This document shows positions 60,280-64,000 of a stretch of DNA of 64,000 nt, one piece after another. The notes below the pieces were generated by a model that ran no database searches, was not told where the DNA came from, and saw only the letters and a program-made list of their open reading frames with translations. This DNA comes from an uncultured Candidatus Rokubacteria bacterium (lineage in GTDB: Bacteria > Methylomirabilota > Methylomirabilia > Rokubacteriales > CSP1-6). The stretch is taken from contig CAVVEU010000011.1 of NCBI GenBank assembly GCA_963747235.1, forward strand, positions 1 through 64,000, in the 5' to 3' direction. How positions within the stretch are numbered: position 1 is the stretch's first letter; each line of letters begins with the position of its first letter. The position numbers and the translations under genes were made by a program.

Positions 60280-61639
60280 TCACTGCCAGCCCGAAGTCCT
60301 TCAGGTTGATGCGCTTCCACACCTCCGGCGGCACGCGGTGGCGCGGCGTGTAGCCGGCCAGCGAGGGCTTGGCCGTCGCGTCCACGCCCCACTTGGCGGA
60401 GTAGCCGTCCTCGCGGGACGAGGGATCGAGGTCCGAGCCGCGCGCGTTGGTGATGATCGTGATGTCGCGGTCGGGCTGGCAGCGGGTGGCGATGGCCCAG
60501 GTGACCTGGCGGTCGTCGAAGATGTCCACGTCCTCGTCCACCACCACCACGCGCTTCATGTAGAGGTCGGCGCCCAGCACGGAGAGGATGGCGTTCTTGG
60601 CCTGGCCGGGCAGCCGCTGCTCGATCGAGACGTAGCAGGTGAACGGCGCGGGCACGCGCACCGCCTTCACCGAGGGCACCATGGCGCGCACCGCGCGGTA
60701 GAGGTTGGCCTCCATCGGGATCGTGGAGAGCAGCATGTGGTCGAGGTGCGCCACCGTGATGTCCTGGAAGTAGGCGCCCGCGCGGTGGGTGATGGCCTTG
60801 ACCTGCACCACCTCGCGCGCGCGCTCGCCCAGGCTGTAGCCGGTGAACTCGCCGAACGGGCCCTCGGGCGTCCGCGCGCCGGGCAGGATCTCCGCCTCGA
60901 TGATCATCTCGGCGTGCGCGGGGACCAGCACGTCGGAGGTCTCGCACTTCACCAGCTCGAGCGGCTCGCGCAGGAGCGCGCCCATGATGGCGCGCTCGTC
61001 CTCGTCGATGGAGCCGATGGCGAGCGCGCCCAGCGCGATGGCCGGGTGCACGCCGATGGCGAAGGCCACCGGCAGCGGCTTGCCGAGCGACTCCGCGATG
61101 CGCTGGAACTCCCAGAGGTGCTTGCCCGCGGTCAGGTGGATCGAGGTGCGGTCGCGCCCCTGGATCATGAGGCGGTTGTAGGCGCAGTTCCACGTCTCGC
61201 TCGTCGGGTCCTTCGCGAACGAGATCGCGGCGGTGAGATAGGCGCCCGCGTCGCCCTCGTGGTGGAGGATCTGCGGCAGGTCGTAGAGATTGATGCGATC
61301 GCCGGTCAGCACCACGTCCTTGCACGGGCCGGTCTTGACGACGCGCGGCGGGATGGGCTTGTCCATCGCGCGGAGATAGGTGGCCAGCATGTCCTCGGGC
61401 GCCGAGCCCATGGCGAGCGCCAGGCGCGAGCGGCTCGCGTGCAGGTTGGTCAGCACCGGGAACTGGGTGCCCTTCACGCGCTCGCAGATCAGGACCGGGC
61501 GCCGGCGCCCCTCGCGCTCGAGCTTCACCACCAGCGCGGTGATCTCGTAGGCCGGGTCCAGCTCCCGCGAGACGACCACCAGGTCCTCGGGCTTGCTGCG
61601 CTTGATCAGGTCGAGATATCCGGGAAGGCTCTGCGCCAT
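60280..61639 (-). CDS. UbiD-family (de)carboxylase
   Basis: PQILHHEGDAGAY, EGPFGEFTGY, VVDEDVD, WAIATR, DLDPS, GVDAT. Confidence 0.92.
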
Positions 61640-61742
61640 GTCGCGCCTCTCTGGTTCAAACGGCGAAGCGAGGGTCGGAAACGCGCCGGTAGCATAGCAT
61701 AGGGCTCCGATGCGGAAAGGCCGCGCCGCCGTCGCGCTCCTG

Positions 61743-61781
61743 CCCCTCACCCTGCCCTCTCCCCGAGGGCAGGGTGAGAGG
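61743..61781. repeat. collapsed REP doublet
   Basis: CCCCTCACCCTGCCCTC-TCCCC-GAGGGCAGGGTGAGAGG. Confidence 0.8.
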
Positions 61782-61794
61782 TAGGAGAAGACGC

Positions 61795-62457
61795 CTAGAC
61801 CGGCCAGGTCTCCCGGCGCCAGCCCATGTCCCAGAACATCCACTCGTAGCGGCTGGTGGTGACGAAGTGGCGCCGCATCGTCTCGCGCTCGTGGTCGCGC
61901 AGGCCCTCGGCGAGCGCGTCGGTGCACGCGAGCACGTCGCGCACCACCGCGCCGAACTCCTCGGAGGCGTAGGTGCCGATCCAGCGCGTGTAGAGCGGGT
62001 CGCGCGAGCCCGCGCGCTCGAGATTCTTGCCCACCTCCCAGTAGATCCAGTAGCAGGGCAGGAGCGCGGCCACCGCCTCGTGGAAGGGCCCCGCGTGCGC
62101 GGTCGCGAGCAGGTACGAGGTGTAGGCGAGGTTCGTGGGCGCGAGCGGGGTGGCCGAGACCGCCTCCGGCGAGAGGCCGAAGTCCTTGAAGAAGGACTCG
62201 TGCAGCGTCTTCTCCACCTTGAGCGCGCCCGCCGCGTGCTCGGTGAACATGATGATCCAGTCCTCGCGGGGGGCGCGGGCGGCGGCCAGCGCCAGCGCGC
62301 GGGCGAAGTCGCGCAGGTAGAGCGCGTCCTGCACCGCGTAGAACTGGAAGGCCTCGCGCGGGAGCGAGCCGTCGGTGAGCCCGCGCAGGAACGGGTGCGC
62401 GAGGATCGTCGCGTAGATCGGCTCGATGCTGCGCCAGAGCGTGGTGGTGAACGGCAC
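61795..62457 (-). CDS. tenA: thiaminase II / aminopyrimidine aminohydrolase
   Basis: HPF..L.DG.L, YAVQDALYL, AYTSY, LLPCYWIY (catalytic Cys), EWMFWD. Confidence 0.92.
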   Translation of the reverse strand: MPFTTTLWRSIEPIYATILAHPFLRGLTDGSLPREAFQFYAVQDALYLRDFARALALAAARAPREDWIIMFTEHAAGALKVEKTLHESFFKDFGLSPEAVSATPLAPTNLAYTSYLLATAHAGPFHEAVAALLPCYWIYWEVGKNLERAGSRDPLYTRWIGTYASEEFGAVVRDVLACTDALAEGLRDHERETMRRHFVTTSRYEWMFWDMGWRRETWPV

Positions 62458-62514
62458 GCCGAGAGCATACTACGCGCCCGCCGGCCCGTGTCCGGGCGTG
62501 TATACTCGACGGCC

Positions 62515-63444
62515 ATGAACCATCACCTCGACGACGCGCAGATACACCAGGAGTGGAACAACGCGCTGCCCCCGCGGCTCGAGATCGAGCCGGGCGACAC
62601 GGTCGTGTTCGACTGCCGCGACGCGGCGAACCGCTACTACAGCCGCAACTCCACCCACGACGACGTGATGGGGCGCGGCCCCTTCCGGGGCCATCCGCTC
62701 ACCGGGCCGGTGCGGGTCAAGGGCGCCCGGCCGGGGGACGTGCTGGTGGTCGAGCTCCTCGAGGTGAAGCCGGCCGAGTTCGGCTGGACCGCGATCCGCC
62801 CCGGCCGCGGACTCCTGCCCGAGGCCGATTTCAGCAAGCCGTATCTCCAGATCTGGGACCTGTCCGACGGCCGCTTCGCGCGCGCGGGGAATCACATCGC
62901 GGTGCCGCTCGATCCGTTCCCGGGGGTGATGGGGACGGCGCTCGACGAGCCGGGCGGCCACAGCACGATGCCGCCCCGCAAGAACGGCGGCAACATGGAC
63001 ATCAAGCAGCTCACCGCCGGCTCCACCCTCTATCTCCCGGTGTGGATGGACGGCGCGCTGTTCAGCGTGGGCGACACCCACGGGATCCAGGGCGACGGGG
63101 AGGTCTGCGTCACCGCGGTGGAGATGGGCGGCCGCGTCACCGCGCGCTTCGGCCTGCAGCCCGGCCGCGGGCTCGCCGAGCCGCAGCTCCGCACCACGCG
63201 CGCGCCCTCCGCGGCGGCGCCGGCGGGCTCGTGGTTCGCCACCACCGCGCACGGGCCCGATCTCTTCGCGGCCTCCCAGCAGGCGGTGCGCTACATGATC
63301 GACCACCTGGTCCGGGAGCGGGGCCTCTCGCGCGAGCAGGCCTACATCCTGTGCAGCGTGACGGTGGACCTCAAGATCAGCGAGATCGTGGACGCGCCCA
63401 ACTGGATCGTCTCCGCGTTCCTGCCGGAGGGCGTCTTCGTCTGA
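62515..63444 (+). CDS. acetamidase/formamidase family
   Basis: HPLTGPV, PFPGVMG, GGNMD, GDTHGIQGDGEV, DLKISEIVDAPN. Confidence 0.93.
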   Translation: MNHHLDDAQIHQEWNNALPPRLEIEPGDTVVFDCRDAANRYYSRNSTHDDVMGRGPFRGHPLTGPVRVKGARPGDVLVVELLEVKPAEFGWTAIRPGRGLLPEADFSKPYLQIWDLSDGRFARAGNHIAVPLDPFPGVMGTALDEPGGHSTMPPRKNGGNMDIKQLTAGSTLYLPVWMDGALFSVGDTHGIQGDGEVCVTAVEMGGRVTARFGLQPGRGLAEPQLRTTRAPSAAAPAGSWFATTAHGPDLFAASQQAVRYMIDHLVRERGLSREQAYILCSVTVDLKISEIVDAPNWIVSAFLPEGVFV

Positions 63445-63482
63445 TTTGACGCGGCTGTGACAATCCGCGTCGGGACGAGCGC

Positions 63483-64000
63483 ATGCTGAAGCTTCCGATG
63501 AAGCCCTTCTTCGGCCGGGTCGTGCTGAACGACACCGCGGGCGCCGGCCGGGCGCGGCTCCGGCCGCGGCGGCCGAGAGCCTCCAGCGGGCGGTGCTCGG
63601 GGCCATCGCCGCGCACACGCGGGACGACGGGCGCCTCGACTACACGAAGCTGCGCGCGTCGTCCGAATGGAGCGAGGCGGTGGCCCGGGCGGGCGCGCTC
63701 CAGGGGCTGAGCCTCGGCGATCTCAACGGGCGGCAGTCCCGGCTGGCCTTCTGGATCAACGTCTACAACGCGCTCGTCTTCCACGCCATCGTGGCGCTCG
63801 GCATCCGGCGCACGGTGTGGGAGATGCGCGGCTTCTACGGCCGCGTGTGCTATCGCATCGGCGGCTTCGTGCTGAGCGCGGACGACGTCGAGCACGGCAT
63901 CCTGCGCGGCAACGCGCGCCACGGGTGGCTGCGCCGCCGCCGCTTCGGCGCGCGCGACTCGCGCCTGGCCCTGGCGGTGTACCCGGTGGACCCGCGCATC
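63483..64000 (+). CDS. DUF547 protein (indels; runs off the window)
   Basis: LAFWINVYNAL, SADDVEHGILRGN, DPRI. Confidence 0.82.

Noticed and set aside
59780-61927. 715-aa UbiD fusion or extension
   Set aside because: The upstream part runs through a REP, and the downstream part is out-of-frame read-through into the ligase after a probable indel near 60285.
62458-62514. TPP riboswitch upstream of tenA
   Set aside because: Only 57 bp, occupied by two divergent -10 elements; no CTGAGA/aptamer core.
1-64000. About 20 frameshifted genes as programmed frameshifting, phase variation or mass pseudogenisation
   Set aside because: The indels are mostly single bases in G/C-rich runs, hit unrelated genes, and come without in-frame nonsense decay; long-read error is the simplest explanation. 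Read pile-ups would settle it.

Overview
Very GC-rich, gene-dense bacterial chromosomal segment. The paralog-rich catabolic gene content, REP families and small secreted-protein families suggest a Rokubacteria (Methylomirabilota)-like soil organism, but this is inference only. About 20 genes carry single-base indels in G/C runs, which fits uncorrected long-read assembly better than biology. Most of the window encodes scattered catabolic enzymes and ABC transporters, plus murB and tenA. Four things stand out. (1) 35.7-43.0 kb: a translationally coupled operon (REC-GAF3-PAS histidine kinase, two stand-alone receivers, PilB/GspE ATPase) with Patescibacteria-like sequence signatures. It converges on two tandem GspG-like pilins and a B-box zinc finger/TM/pilin-head fusion, with no platform, secretin or peptidase gene. 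A lipoprotein-anchored pilin-head gene lies 6 kb away. This is the best candidate for an undescribed system. (2) 9.6-12.4 kb: a collapsed type I R-M locus in which only the AbiEi/AbiEii TA pair is full length; the hsdM break carries an inverted copy of its own 3' end. (3) Pervasive leaderless-type promoters, plus a mirror-symmetric divergent alternative-sigma promoter pair and a sigma-54 promoter. (4) Two REP/REPIN families with no transposase in the window. No rRNA, tRNA or CRISPR array was seen. All family assignments come from motif recognition by eye, without database searches.
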